NCBI GenBank assembly: GCA_024276255.1
Contig: JAJRXO010000126.1
Span: 1 to 29,452 of the forward strand
Source of the DNA: Chloroflexota bacterium
GTDB taxonomy: Bacteria; Chloroflexota; Anaerolineae; J102
Direction: 5' to 3'
DNA: 29,452 nt
In this document: positions 1 through 8,295 of the stretch, piece after piece
How positions within the stretch are numbered: position 1 is the first letter of the stretch
Layout: the number at the start of each line of letters is the position of its first letter
Notes under the pieces: generated by a model
Seen by the model: the letters and a program-made list of their open reading frames with translations, nothing else
Database searches by the model: none
Told to the model about the DNA's origin: nothing
Made by a program: the position numbers and the translations under genes

Positions 1-1077
1 AATCGGCAGATCATACATCAAGCTTTGTTGCAGACGGGTGGCGGCATCGCCCATCATCACGCCTTTTGCAAGGCCCTCGGCCGAAAGGCCTGCCGTGAGT
101 AGACCATAGTAAAAACCGGCTGTCCAGGCATCACCTCCGCCTAGGCGATCCCACACATGCAGGCCACGCACCGCGGGCGAGCGAAAAAAGGCACCATCGG
201 ATGTGGAAGCACAGGCTTCCCAGCGTTGCTCCTCCATCGTATCGACATAACGCATGGTAAAAGCCACGGCACGCAAGTCAAAGCGCTCGATGACAGCCTG
301 AGCCACTGCCTGCAGCGCCTCGTCTGGCAGGCCTTCGATATTCTCGCTACGGATGGCATCGCCCCAGCGGCCATCGCAGCCGATGTTGTAAAACGCGGCC
401 ATGTCCTGCACAGTGGTGATCAGCACATCCACGTGGTCTTCCAGTATGGGGGTGAGCGTGGCTCTGGCCGCCTGCAGGGGCCACAGGGTACGGCGATAAT
501 TGAAATCAAGCCCTACCAGACAGTGGGCCGGCTTGTGCACCAATGCCTCACGAAAGGCAGCCAGCCAATGGTTGGTGCTGTAGCCGCTGTGTGCGGCCAG
601 CCCAAAGGTGATGCCGGTTGTATGCAGTAACCTAGCCCCGGCTAGGGCCTGAGCCCAGGCCACCATACCCTTCCCCAGCCGTGAACTGGCGGCGTACATG
701 CGTTGGTACACGCCGACCGTGGGCCGGGGGGTGCGACCAAGTTCGAAGATGAAGCGGGCCATGGGTTCGGTTTTGGGGGCCCACACGAAAAACCGCGTAT
801 CTACACCGTAAGAGCGGGCCGTGTTGCGCAGCATGTGGCCGTAGGGGTTGTCGGGTACGCGGGTGATATAGGCGCTGGGAATACCCCAACGGCTGAGGGC
901 GACGGTGGTCGAAAACTCGCTACCAGCCAGTGATAGATAAACCAGTCGTGTGCGTTCCGGTCGTTCCAGATCGGCTGGAGTGTCGCGCACCATAGTCTCG
1001 CCAAAGCTAACAAACCAGGGATCGGTGGCGGCAGGGGATGCGTCGTGGCCACCGGCAACTGCGGGTTGTGAATTCAT
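1..1077 (-). CDS. PfkB-family sugar kinase, divergent KdgK-like; 3' end runs off the window
   Basis: Not in the ORF track; translated by hand as an open frame from ATG 1077 (alternative ATG 1092) to base 1: MNSQP...WFVSFGETMVRDTP...LAGSEF...LHTTGITFG...LDFNYRRTLW...VWDRLGGGDAWTAGFYYGLL. Contains the PfkB C-terminal DxxGGGD motif. Confidence 0.9.
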   Translation of the reverse strand, partial: MNSQPAVAGGHDASPAATDPWFVSFGETMVRDTPADLERPERTRLVYLSLAGSEFSTTVALSRWGIPSAYITRVPDNPYGHMLRNTARSYGVDTRFFVWAPKTEPMARFIFELGRTPRPTVGVYQRMYAASSRLGKGMVAWAQALAGARLLHTTGITFGLAAHSGYSTNHWLAAFREALVHKPAHCLVGLDFNYRRTLWPLQAARATLTPILEDHVDVLITTVQDMAAFYNIGCDGRWGDAIRSENIEGLPDEALQAVAQAVIERFDLRAVAFTMRYVDTMEEQRWEACASTSDGAFFRSPAVRGLHVWDRLGGGDAWTAGFYYGLLTAGLSAEGLAKGVMMGDAATRLQQSLMYDLPI

Positions 1078-1101
1078 GGGTGTATCCGTCATGAAGACGC
1101 T

Positions 1102-1896
1102 TTACGAAGCTGTTTCGGACGCGGGCTCTGGCCCAGGCCAGCCCAATTCGCGGGAGATTTTTCCGGCGGCCTGCAAGACCACAGGGGCCAGGGCTTCCAT
1201 GCGTTGCCGATCCAGAAACGGTGTGGCGCTGGCAATACTGATGGCGGCTACGCATTGACCCGTGCCATCGAAAATGGGGGCTGCCACGCAGCGGATGCCG
1301 ATTTCGTTTTCTTCCATGTCGAAGGAATAGCCTCGTTGGGCGGTGCGGGCCAGTTCTTGGAAAAAGGCTTCCGGCTCGACTTTGGTGTAGGGGGTTTGGC
1401 GCTTAAGATGCGGGATGAAGCGTTGCCATTGAGTGGGTGGCAACTGCGAGAGCAGGGCTTTTCCCAGGCCGGTGCAATACGCCGGTTGGCGGCCGCCAAT
1501 GGTCGAGGCCATGTGAAGCCCCCTTTCTCCATCCACTTTATCGAGATAGAAGACCTCGTTGCCTTCCAGGATGCCCAGGTGCACGGTTTCATGGGTCTCT
1601 GATGCAAGCCATTCCAGGTGCGGGCGGGCCAGCGTGGGCAAATGCAGTTGGTTATGTGCCTTGAATCCCAGCTCGATGAGCTTGGGGCCCATGTGATAGC
1701 CGCGCCGCGGCTCATAGCGCAGGTAATCTGCTTGCACCAGCGTATGGAGTAAACGATAGGCGGTGCTGGTGGACAAGCCTGTCGTGCGGCTGATGGTTTG
1801 CAGGTCCTGCACACCGTCCGCCACGGCTTCCAGCAAGGCCAGTGCACGGATGACTGTGCGGGCGCCGCTGCTTTTAGTGGATGGCGAATCTGTCAT
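1102..1896 (-). CDS. IclR-family transcriptional regulator
   Basis: HTH (ARTVIRALALLEAV...GLSTSTAYRLLHTL) plus IclR effector domain (LGKALL, GIRCVAAPIFD). Start moved to ATG 1896, which has GAGGT upstream. Confidence 0.93.
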   Translation of the reverse strand: MTDSPSTKSSGARTVIRALALLEAVADGVQDLQTISRTTGLSTSTAYRLLHTLVQADYLRYEPRRGYHMGPKLIELGFKAHNQLHLPTLARPHLEWLASETHETVHLGILEGNEVFYLDKVDGERGLHMASTIGGRQPAYCTGLGKALLSQLPPTQWQRFIPHLKRQTPYTKVEPEAFFQELARTAQRGYSFDMEENEIGIRCVAAPIFDGTGQCVAAISIASATPFLDRQRMEALAPVVLQAAGKISRELGWPGPEPASETAS

Positions 1897-1927
1897 CTTG
1901 ACCTCGTCTGGGAAGGACGGTACTGAC

Positions 1928-1982
1928 AAGAGAGTTTGAGCTTACAGGGCGAAAGCCAGAACTGCATCGAACGCACTCTCTT
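1928..1982. other. Intergenic stem-loop upstream of iclR
   Basis: AAGAGAGT (1928-1935) / ACTCTCTT (1975-1982) inverted repeat enclosing GGC-GAAA-GCC. Confidence 0.45.
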
Positions 1983-2067
1983 AAACGCGACCGGGGCGCA
2001 AGGTTATTATTCTCCGTGGCGTCCTCTACATGATGAGGGGAGAACTTTCTGGTTGCGATCTGTTGGC

Positions 2068-3033
2068 TCAGGTGCTCCGTCCTTGCACAACAACATAGAG
2101 CGGCCTACCTTCCTGCGCCCAGTTAATCACATTCAGCGCAGCTTTCCGACGCAGTTCCAGTCCCGCCTGTTCTGAATACCAGGCGGCATGGGGACTGAGC
2201 AGCAGGCGAGGATGTTGTAAAATTGGCAGCTCAGGCGGCGGCGGTTCCTGGGGAAGTACATCGAGGGCGGCGCCGGCCAGATGTCCGCTGTCTAAAGCCC
2301 CTTGTAGCGCTGCCAGATCAATCAGGCCACCACGCGAGACATTTACGAGATAGCTGCCAACCGGCATGTGACTGAGAAAGTCCTCGTCCACGAGGTTCCG
2401 GGTTTCAGCCAGCAAAGGTAGGTGCAACGAGACAACATGTGAACGGGCCAGGAGGGCGGGCAGGTCGTCTTCATGTTGCACAAAGTCTGGCCAGGCTGCG
2501 ACAGGCAGATAGGGATCATAACCAATGATACTGCCAAACAGGGGTTGAGCGAAAGTCGCCAGCTGACGGCCGATACGGCCAAGGCCCACCACGCCAAGCG
2601 TGCGCGTGCTCAGGCGGTGGAGGGGGCCACTGCTTTGATATTGCCAAATGCCACGGCGCACGTCCGCATCCAGCCAGGGGAGGTGGCGAAGGAGAGCCAG
2701 TATCATGGCCAGGGCGTGGCTGGCGACTTCTTCAACGCCGTAGTCGGGCACATTGGCCACCCACACCCCCAACTCCTGTGCTGCCTGCAAGTCAACGGTA
2801 TCGACGCCCACCCCGTAGCGACTGACGAGTCGTATCTGAGGAAGGGCTTCCAGCACATGGCGGGTGATGGGCGCGTATTGGGTGATCAGGGCGTGGGCAT
2901 CTTGGCCGGCAACAATGACATCCTGCTCGCTGCGGCATTGGGCAATAGCCACCGTAAAACCTGCTTCTTGCAGGGGTGGTACTTCGAGGGCGTGCAGATC
3001 TGGATATTCGGCGTCGGTGATCAAGACTTTCAT
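2068..3033 (-). CDS. D-isomer-specific 2-hydroxyacid dehydrogenase (CtBP/PGDH-like, no ACT domain)
   Basis: RYGVGVD, VVGLGRIG Rossmann motif, NVSRGG, LDV..EP, SPHAAWYS. Confidence 0.92.
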   Translation of the reverse strand: MKVLITDAEYPDLHALEVPPLQEAGFTVAIAQCRSEQDVIVAGQDAHALITQYAPITRHVLEALPQIRLVSRYGVGVDTVDLQAAQELGVWVANVPDYGVEEVASHALAMILALLRHLPWLDADVRRGIWQYQSSGPLHRLSTRTLGVVGLGRIGRQLATFAQPLFGSIIGYDPYLPVAAWPDFVQHEDDLPALLARSHVVSLHLPLLAETRNLVDEDFLSHMPVGSYLVNVSRGGLIDLAALQGALDSGHLAGAALDVLPQEPPPPELPILQHPRLLLSPHAAWYSEQAGLELRRKAALNVINWAQEGRPLYVVVQGRST

Positions 3034-3043
3034 AGTCGGTAGA

Positions 3044-3889
3044 TCAGGATTTGACGGCGCCGGCCGTGAGGCCCTTGACGATGTATTTTTGCGCCAGGAT
3101 GAAGAAGGTGATGCTGGGGATGACGGCGATCACGCCCGCCGCGCTCATGCGGTTCCAGTAGGTGAGCTCGTCTCCGACGAAGTAATAGATGCCCACGGTC
3201 AGGGGTTTGAGTTCGTCAGAGTTGATGAATAAGTAGGGGGCCAGGAATTCGTTCCAGGTCCACATAAAGGCCATGACCGCTACAGCCATGATGGCCAGAA
3301 TGGTAACGGGCAGGACGATGCGGAAGAGCGTACCTGTCCGGGACGCGCCATCGATGACCGCGGCATCGATCAATTCACGCGGAAAGTCGTCGAAAAAGCC
3401 TTTGAGCAGCCACACCATGAGCGGGTAGGACAGATAGATGGTGTAGATGATTACGGCGGTGCGGGTGTTGATCAGCCCCAGCTTGAGGAAGACCACGTAA
3501 AAGGGCAGGATCAGGGAGATCGGAGGGATGACACGGGTAAAGATGAAAAGTGTCAGCACGGTGTTGCTGCCCTTGAATTTGTATTGGCTGAGGCCATAAG
3601 CCGTGAAGGTGCCGGCCACCAACGTGAATGCCACTGTCACCAGGGCAATGATGGTGGAGTTCAGGAGATAGGTGGGCAGTGGGGCCTTGTTCCAGGCCTG
3701 GGAATAGGCTTCCAGGGTGAAGTCGTGCGGCCAATAAGTAGGCGGCGACTGGAAGAGCTCACTCATGGTTTTGAACGAAGACAACACCATCCACAAAAGG
3801 GGCAGTAGCAGGAAAAAGAGAATGAAACTTACAACTACGTAGGCCGTGAGCCGCTGTTCAAGGATGCGGTCAAGCGTACGACGTATCAT
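3044..3889 (-). CDS. Carbohydrate ABC transporter permease (MalG-like)
   Basis: Multiple TM segments, EAA-like loop (ELIDAAVIDGAS), WNEFL motif. Confidence 0.93.
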   Translation of the reverse strand: MIRRTLDRILEQRLTAYVVVSFILFFLLLPLLWMVLSSFKTMSELFQSPPTYWPHDFTLEAYSQAWNKAPLPTYLLNSTIIALVTVAFTLVAGTFTAYGLSQYKFKGSNTVLTLFIFTRVIPPISLILPFYVVFLKLGLINTRTAVIIYTIYLSYPLMVWLLKGFFDDFPRELIDAAVIDGASRTGTLFRIVLPVTILAIMAVAVMAFMWTWNEFLAPYLFINSDELKPLTVGIYYFVGDELTYWNRMSAAGVIAVIPSITFFILAQKYIVKGLTAGAVKS

Positions 3890-3892
3890 GAT

Positions 3893-4762
3893 TTAGCGCT
3901 CCCCGAATGCCATGCGAATAAAGCCAACGCCGATAAGCAGGGTGAGGATAAAAATGACGACACCCGTGGCGGCAGCTACGCCAAAATTCAGATATTTAAA
4001 AATGGAATCGAACAAATATACGCCTCCGAGATAGGTCGATTTGGCTACCCCGCCGCCGGGCGTCATGGAGAAGATCACATCCACAGTGCGGAAGGAGAAC
4101 ATGATTGTTGTGAACAGTCCCAGCAGGATGGGGCGGCGGTTGAGGGGCACCGAGATATAGGCGAAACGGTCGAACACGTCGGCGCCATCCACCTTTGCCG
4201 CTTCGTACAATTCCTGTGAGATGGCCTGCAGGCCCGCCAGGATGAGAATGGCCATAAAGGGGATTCGTGTCCAGGCATCAGCCACGATCACGCCGACCAT
4301 AGCCAGACGTGGATTGCCGAAAATGTTTATTGGCTCCTGGATAAGATGTAGTTTGAGCAGGATGTCGCTGAACACTCCGAATGCGGGATTAAACACCCAG
4401 GCCCAAATGAAGCCGCTGATCACCAGCGGCACTGCCCACGGCAATACAGTGAGCGAGCGAAAGATGGCCACACCCTTGCCCATGGCATTCAGCCCGTGGG
4501 CGAGCGCCATACCCACGAAAAAGGTGAGGGCTGTGGAGCCCATCGAGAAAATGATCGTGTTTTTCATCGACAGCCAGAACACCCGATCATCGAACATGTA
4601 CTGGTAGTTTTTAAGGCCGATGAATTTGATCGGGCGGATGTTATCGTAGCGTAGAAAGCTGAGGCCAAAGAGATAGCCGGAGGGGATAAGCACCAGGACC
4701 AGCAACAAGATCAGGCCTGGCAAGGATAACAGTGCCCCGTATTTACTGTCGCTTAGTCGCAT
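3893..4762 (-). CDS. Carbohydrate ABC transporter permease (MalF-like)
   Basis: FIGLKNY, LAGLQAISQELYEAAKVDGA EAA loop. Start moved to ATG 4762 with AGGAG upstream. Confidence 0.93.
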   Translation of the reverse strand: MRLSDSKYGALLSLPGLILLLVLVLIPSGYLFGLSFLRYDNIRPIKFIGLKNYQYMFDDRVFWLSMKNTIIFSMGSTALTFFVGMALAHGLNAMGKGVAIFRSLTVLPWAVPLVISGFIWAWVFNPAFGVFSDILLKLHLIQEPINIFGNPRLAMVGVIVADAWTRIPFMAILILAGLQAISQELYEAAKVDGADVFDRFAYISVPLNRRPILLGLFTTIMFSFRTVDVIFSMTPGGGVAKSTYLGGVYLFDSIFKYLNFGVAAATGVVIFILTLLIGVGFIRMAFGER

Positions 4763-4799
4763 AAACGCACTCCTGGAGCGTTGGCAGGTGGGAAAACGA

Positions 4800-4851
4800 C
4801 CGGCGAGGCGCCGGCAGAGCATCTGCACGATGATGCTGAGCGCCTCGCCGG
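4800..4851 (-). other. Strong hairpin between binding-protein and permease genes (mRNA stabiliser or attenuator)
   Basis: Perfect 12-bp stem CCGGCGAGGCGC / GCGCCTCGCCGG with inner AGCATC/GATGCT stem; no clear U-tract. Confidence 0.7.
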
Positions 4852-4895
4852 GGCAAAGAAGGAGAAGAATCTGTCAGCAGCGAGGGTGGTCGATG

Positions 4896-6419
4896 CTATT
4901 GCGGTGACAGGTATTTGGTGATGTCGGTGTTGGCAGCCTGCAGCGCTTCCAGCGGTTCCATCTCGCCAGTAACGGCCCTGCCGTAGTACTCGATCAGGGC
5001 TTCAAGAGCCGCTTTCGAGCCGGGCGGGAAGGCTTCCATCACCGTCGTCTCGGCCGAGGCGCGACGGGCCTCCAGCTTGGGCACTTCGGTGACATGCGGC
5101 GGAGCCTTGATGTCGAGCTCTTTGGCGGCAGCGTCTACCAGATCCCAGTCCACCTTGCTGATGATGTCGGGTTCGTAGGTGGCGGGCAGCCATGATTCGT
5201 TGCCCTCGACAGCCATTTCATACATCTGCGCCTGCTTGCTGCGGCGATAATCGAACCACAGCATGGCGGCAGCCTTCACCTTGGGAGGGGCGAATTTATT
5301 GATCAGATTGGCGTCGAAGTCGATGAAGGCGGCGCGGTTCGAGCCGGGTTGGGAGGCGTCCCACTTGGGCGGAGCCACCACGTCCCAGTCCGTGCCCAGT
5401 TCGGGCCAGGCTTCAGTGTTGGTGAACTGCATGGCGTAGGTGGAGAAGCCGAGCATGAAGGCGGCTTTACCCAGGCCGAAGGTCTTCTGGTAGTCTTCCC
5501 AAGTGTAGCCCAACACGGCCTCGTCGGCAATGCCCTCTCTCACCAGGTTCACCCAGTATTCCCAGGAGTTCTGGAATTCGGGGCTCATCACATCCCACGA
5601 ACCGTTTTTCAGCACCCGGCCACCCTGCGAATACACACCGGCCTGCAGCATGTGCGACAGGTTGTAGTCGCCGGGGAAGACAATGCCATACGAGTCGGTC
5701 TTGCCCTGCGAGACGAAGTATTCGCGAGCTTTCTTGGCCGCGCGATAGACATCCTGCCAGGTTTCGGGCACGGGTTCGCCGATAGCTTCCAGCACCGAGG
5801 GCCGGTAGAAGAAGAGATAGGATCGCTCCGTGTCGCAGGTGCCATAGAAATGACCTTCCCACTGGATGGCGTCCACCAGGCCTTTGGGATACAGCGCCTG
5901 TACTTCAGGCGGCCACAGCACGTCCAGCGATTCGTGCCAGCCGGCGGCCATGGTTTGCGTCAGTTCCAACGGAGCGTCGGTATGGCTGACGATGGCCACG
6001 CTGCTGTCTTTGGACGAAAGCGTGGAAAGGGTCTTGGCGAAAAGAAAGCCCGCGCCAACATCGATGTTCTTGAGCTTGATGCCAGTAAGCTGCTCAAAGA
6101 TCATCATGTTTACTTTGGTGGCGATGTCCCCTTGCATACCACCGGAATTGTAAAACACGATTTCATCTACACCGGCTGTAGCCTCTTGCCAGCCCTCAGG
6201 CAGCACATATTCGTCCGCCAGCAGGCGTTCGGTCATGGGCATGGGCTCATTCCACTTGATCTGCTCCCAGGGCTGGAGCGGAACAGGCGTGGGCGTGGCC
6301 TCTACCACTTTTTCAACGACTTTTTCAACCACTTCCGGTGTGGGTGCCGGCTGTGAACAGGCCGTTAAAACAGCCAACACCAGGATCAACACAAATGTGA
6401 GAACCAAACCTTTTTTCAT
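4896..6419 (-). CDS. Carbohydrate ABC transporter substrate-binding lipoprotein
   Basis: MKKGLV...VLTAC lipobox, Pro/Thr linker, family-1 solute-binding features (GKAAFM), upstream of two permeases. Start moved to ATG 6419 with AGGAG. Confidence 0.88.
   Translation of the reverse strand: MKKGLVLTFVLILVLAVLTACSQPAPTPEVVEKVVEKVVEATPTPVPLQPWEQIKWNEPMPMTERLLADEYVLPEGWQEATAGVDEIVFYNSGGMQGDIATKVNMMIFEQLTGIKLKNIDVGAGFLFAKTLSTLSSKDSSVAIVSHTDAPLELTQTMAAGWHESLDVLWPPEVQALYPKGLVDAIQWEGHFYGTCDTERSYLFFYRPSVLEAIGEPVPETWQDVYRAAKKAREYFVSQGKTDSYGIVFPGDYNLSHMLQAGVYSQGGRVLKNGSWDVMSPEFQNSWEYWVNLVREGIADEAVLGYTWEDYQKTFGLGKAAFMLGFSTYAMQFTNTEAWPELGTDWDVVAPPKWDASQPGSNRAAFIDFDANLINKFAPPKVKAAAMLWFDYRRSKQAQMYEMAVEGNESWLPATYEPDIISKVDWDLVDAAAKELDIKAPPHVTEVPKLEARRASAETTVMEAFPPGSKAALEALIEYYGRAVTGEMEPLEALQAANTDITKYLSPQ
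6306..6335 (-). repeat. 12-bp tandem repeat encoding (VVEK)n linker
   Basis: cactttttcaac-gactttttcaac-cacttc on + strand, encoding EVVEKVVEKVV. Confidence 0.75.
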
Positions 6420-6515
6420 TGTGCTTCTCTCTCCTTGGAGAAAACGAGTGAATACAGTAGCGCGCAAGTGCCATGATGCCTGCGCTGGTTTCGGCGTCGA
6501 TAGATGAACTGAATT

Positions 6516-6541
6516 GGCTGGACTCACCTCCTTTACAATGA
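6516..6541 (-). promoter_or_regulatory. Orphan extended Shine-Dalgarno-like element (STAB-SD-like) in the binding-protein 5' UTR
   Basis: Minus strand TCATTGTAAAGGAGGTGAGTCCAGCC; no suitably spaced start codon; about 105 nt upstream of ATG 6419. Confidence 0.6.
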
Positions 6542-6824
6542 CAGAAAGTGGTGCCTGGACGCTAACGATTTGAGTTTCCCACCACGTACTCTCTCGAATT
6601 CCACATAGCGTTGAGCCATTTATGCGTGTCATTCGAACAATATGTGGCAAGGTTACTCAAGCATCTGTTACTGTTTTCGCCTGGCACCAGCAAGATGAGG
6701 GAACGATAGATTTGGCCAGTCGACGAGACGTCATTGACTCAGTGTGGCCATCCATAGTGGTGTCAGCAATACGATGCAAGGACATTAAATTGCATAGAAT
6801 GAAAATAGCATTTATAGAATGGGA

Positions 6825-6853
6825 ATTATAATGCACTTGCTCGAAGATGTCAA
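6825..6853 (-). promoter_or_regulatory. Consensus sigma70 promoter for the sugar ABC operon
   Basis: Minus strand TTGACA-N17-TATAAT, a perfect match. Confidence 0.85.
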
Positions 6854-6956
6854 AAGTTACAATGCAGAAAAGACGCCCCGGCGTTGCACACAGCTAAACC
6901 GCTCGCCGCCCCACTGCGCACCGAACTTCAAGGCCTCGGTTATCTGGCAGATGCCT

Positions 6957-8162
6957 CTAGCGGATGTCCTCCCGCTCCCAGTGATCGCCCATGGTGCGCC
7001 GACCAACAGCCAGCCCCTGGCCTGATGACACCTGACGCTGGACAGAGGGATCGGCCAAGGTATCGACTCTCAGCCGTACACCGTGGCCTGGTCCCTGAGG
7101 CAAAGCAAAGCTGCCGTTTTCGAGTAACGGCGTATAAGCGCTGATAGTGGCAAAAGCCTCCCGGTACAGGGCTCGGCTGGACTCCACAAAGAACAGGTTG
7201 TGGATGTGGGCAGCGAGGTGCAGGCACACGGCGTGGCATACTGGTCCCGACAAATTATGCAGTACCAGTGGCACACCAAAAGTGTCGGCCAGCGCGGCCA
7301 TGCGGCGTGTCTCGGCCACGCCGCCGTTCCAAAGGGGATCGGTCATGAGGATGGAACCGGCTTGTTTGACCAGCCATTCACGTACCTGCCAGCGTGTCAT
7401 CAGCGTCTCAGAGCCCACAACCGGAATACGAATACGCTGTGTCAGCAGCCGCAGTTCATCGATATGCAGCGCTGGCAGAGGGTCTTCGAGGAAGAGAATG
7501 TCATAAGGCTCGAGCGCCTGGGCGATGCGCTCGGCTGCCACCCGGTTCCAGCGAAAATGGCATTCGATACCGATTTCTATCTCGTCGCCGACGGCTTCAC
7601 GAATACGGCGGATGGGCTCCAGGGCGCGTTCAAGAGCCGCCGGTTCGATGTATTGGCCGTGCGATTGCTCACTAAAAGTGTCGAACGGCCAGATTTTCAT
7701 GGCCCGCACGCCATCGGCCAGCAGGCTCTTTGCCAGAGAACCAGCGTCACCCTGGCGCCATGTTTCGTAATCACGTGTCTCACCAAAGCTGATGCACGTG
7801 TTGTATGTGGGGATGCGCTCGCGCACTTTCCCCCCTAAAAGCTGGTAAAGGGGCATGTCGGCCTCCTGGCCCAGCAGGTCCCACAGTGCGATCTCGACCG
7901 CCGACAAAGCACGCAACTCGGCGCCGCTATAGCCGTGATACAGCAGGTTGTCGAACACAAAGCGCCACAGACCTTCAATGTCTTGAGACTCCTGCCCCAG
8001 CAAGAGCGGGGCCAGCGTGCCGTGCAAAGCGCCAAGCGTCCCGGCTGTTTTCTCTGATGTTTCTCCCAATCCTACGAGACCACTATCGCTATGCACTTGC
8101 ACAAACAGTGTGCGCGGCATGTGCGGCCATTGCAAACTTTCGATGGCAGCGATCCTGGACAT
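6957..8162 (-). CDS. Mandelate racemase-subgroup enolase-superfamily enzyme, probable sugar-acid dehydratase
   Basis: GLGET N-terminal domain, SAVEIALWD, ligand motifs IECH / LEDP / GSET, His-Asp dyad (MTDP...VLHN). Start moved to ATG 8162 with GAGGT. Confidence 0.88.
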   Translation of the reverse strand: MSRIAAIESLQWPHMPRTLFVQVHSDSGLVGLGETSEKTAGTLGALHGTLAPLLLGQESQDIEGLWRFVFDNLLYHGYSGAELRALSAVEIALWDLLGQEADMPLYQLLGGKVRERIPTYNTCISFGETRDYETWRQGDAGSLAKSLLADGVRAMKIWPFDTFSEQSHGQYIEPAALERALEPIRRIREAVGDEIEIGIECHFRWNRVAAERIAQALEPYDILFLEDPLPALHIDELRLLTQRIRIPVVGSETLMTRWQVREWLVKQAGSILMTDPLWNGGVAETRRMAALADTFGVPLVLHNLSGPVCHAVCLHLAAHIHNLFFVESSRALYREAFATISAYTPLLENGSFALPQGPGHGVRLRVDTLADPSVQRQVSSGQGLAVGRRTMGDHWEREDIR

Positions 8163-8233
8163 GTCTGATAACCTCATTGTATATAAGTGCCAGGGCAACT
8201 GGCTCGACAGAGATATCTAGATTCGAAATCGGC

Positions 8234-8252
8234 TTCATATTCCGAGTATGAA
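8234..8252. promoter_or_regulatory. Palindrome, possible operator or hairpin
   Basis: TTCATA-N7-TATGAA in the intergenic region upstream of the MR-type gene. Confidence 0.35.
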
Positions 8253-8295
8253 CGCGGGCGATGAAACGTAGCAGGTCATGCATTTTTGTGGCAGC

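Noticed and set aside
79-90. GGCC-GAAA-GGCC tetraloop hairpin
   Set aside because: Lies inside the kinase CDS and is short enough to be chance.
157-630. 157-aa plus-strand ORF and other short ORFs in 141-1258
   Set aside because: Antisense or alternate-frame shadows of the minus-strand PfkB kinase and IclR.
2068-3033. serA assignment
   Set aside because: 321 aa with no ACT domain and a catabolic context; only a family-level call is supported.
5349-6356. 335-aa plus-strand ORF; similarly 10677-11447, 22830-23498 and 28249-29049
   Set aside because: Antisense to well-supported genes, with no motifs or RBS of their own.
6516-6534. Possible 16S rRNA gene fragment
   Set aside because: The match is limited to the terminal 18-19 nt with no flanking rRNA sequence; treated as an mRNA element instead.
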